DNA of 64,000 nucleotides from a virus. The stretch spans positions 2,349 to 66,348 of the IMG/VR virus record IMGVR_UViG_3300046314_000372. One strand, 5' to 3'. Position 1 is the first letter of the stretch. Every line of letters begins with the position of its first letter. The notes under the pieces were generated by a model. The model searched no databases and was not told where the DNA came from. It saw only the letters and a program-made list of their open reading frames with translations. Shown piece by piece: positions 63,676 to 64,000 of this stretch. The position numbers and the translations under genes are program-made.

Positions 63676-63810
63676 TTAAAAGGGAACATCGTCAAATTCA
63701 AAATTTTCGATCTGTGGATTGGTACACACGAAAATTTCATGACGTTCCGCACCGGCAAATTCATGGAACCAGTCGTCCTGAATTTGTGCAAAAAATTCGC
63801 TGTCTGTCAT
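63676..63810 (-). CDS. 44-aa protein ending in SSB-tip-like ...FEFDDVPF (not in ORF track)
   Basis: ATG with AGGAGAG RBS and promoter TTGAAC-N17-TATAAT (63838..63866); translation MTDSEFFAQIQDDWFHEFAGAERHEIFVCTNPQIENFEFDDVPF. Confidence 0.4.
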   Translation of the reverse strand: MTDSEFFAQIQDDWFHEFAGAERHEIFVCTNPQIENFEFDDVPF

Positions 63811-63837
63811 GATCTATTCTCTCCTGTTGATATAATA

Positions 63838-63866
63838 ATTATACAAAACTTTGCAAAAGTGTTCAA
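63838..63866 (-). promoter_or_regulatory. sigma70-consensus promoter (minus strand) for the 44-aa ORF
   Basis: On the minus strand: TTGAAC-N17-TATAAT. Confidence 0.45.
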
Positions 63867-64000
63867 ATCTAAATTTTCGAACTTGCACTAGACTGGCCAC
63901 TGGCGCAGAGCGCATCTTAGATTTTGCACTTGAAAAGCTTTTCCACTGGCGCAGCATGAATATGCGTGCATACTTTTGTTTTCAAATTGGTTTGAGGAAC

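Noticed and set aside
63531-63812. ORF 63531..63812 (+)
   Set aside because: It lies antisense to the HTH-paralogue gene and to the well-supported 44-aa gene that has its own promoter/RBS.

Overview
This window reads as a 64-kb stretch of a large virulent, T5-like (Demerecviridae-type) tailed-phage genome. All calls come from reading the sequence and the ORF track by eye, with no searches run, so coordinates of RNA features may be off by 1-2 nt.

Layout:
- 1-9.2 kb (+): the 3' end of a LamG-repeat tail-fibre-like gene, then a spanin/GH19-endolysin lysis cassette, a run of small secreted proteins and PhoH.
- 9.2-35 kb (-): a Dps-like ferritin, then a T5-style early/replication module: class II (B12-type) ribonucleotide reductase, dUTPase, flap endonuclease, Hjc-like resolvase, Rad50/Mre11, glutaredoxin, SF2 helicase, Pol A, primase, DnaB-like helicase and an NAD-ligase split into two genes.
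- 35-49.4 kb (-): a dense tRNA region with about 29 tRNA or tRNA-like genes, interleaved with small genes, all on the minus strand.
- 49.4-51.7 kb (-): UvdE and phosphatase-like genes.
- 52-61.8 kb (+): an early-type operon of small proteins plus a SleB-like hydrolase, ThyX and a metallophosphoesterase.
- 62.0-63.3 kb: about 1.1 kb with no ORF, bracketed by a minus-strand promoter (63082-63110) and a minus-strand terminator (61955-61992), and containing tandem repeats.

Most interesting RNA biology, all inside the tRNA region:
- An E. coli-type tmRNA (tag ANDTQFALAA) that appears circularly permuted into two pieces, directly upstream of a ClpP-family protease gene.
- A Ro60/Rsr (TROVE + vWA) gene flanked by two circularly permuted tRNA-like modules that fit the YrlA (Y RNA-like) architecture.

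Other notable points:
- An unannotated 44-aa rubredoxin gene with ATGA overlap to a rubrerythrin-like gene; together with Dps and glutaredoxin this suggests an oxidative-stress/iron module.
- Two small proteins ending in an SSB-tail-like ...DDVPF motif.
- Many perfect sigma70-consensus promoters on the minus strand.
- 16-bp perfect inverted repeats bounding short elements in tRNA spacers.
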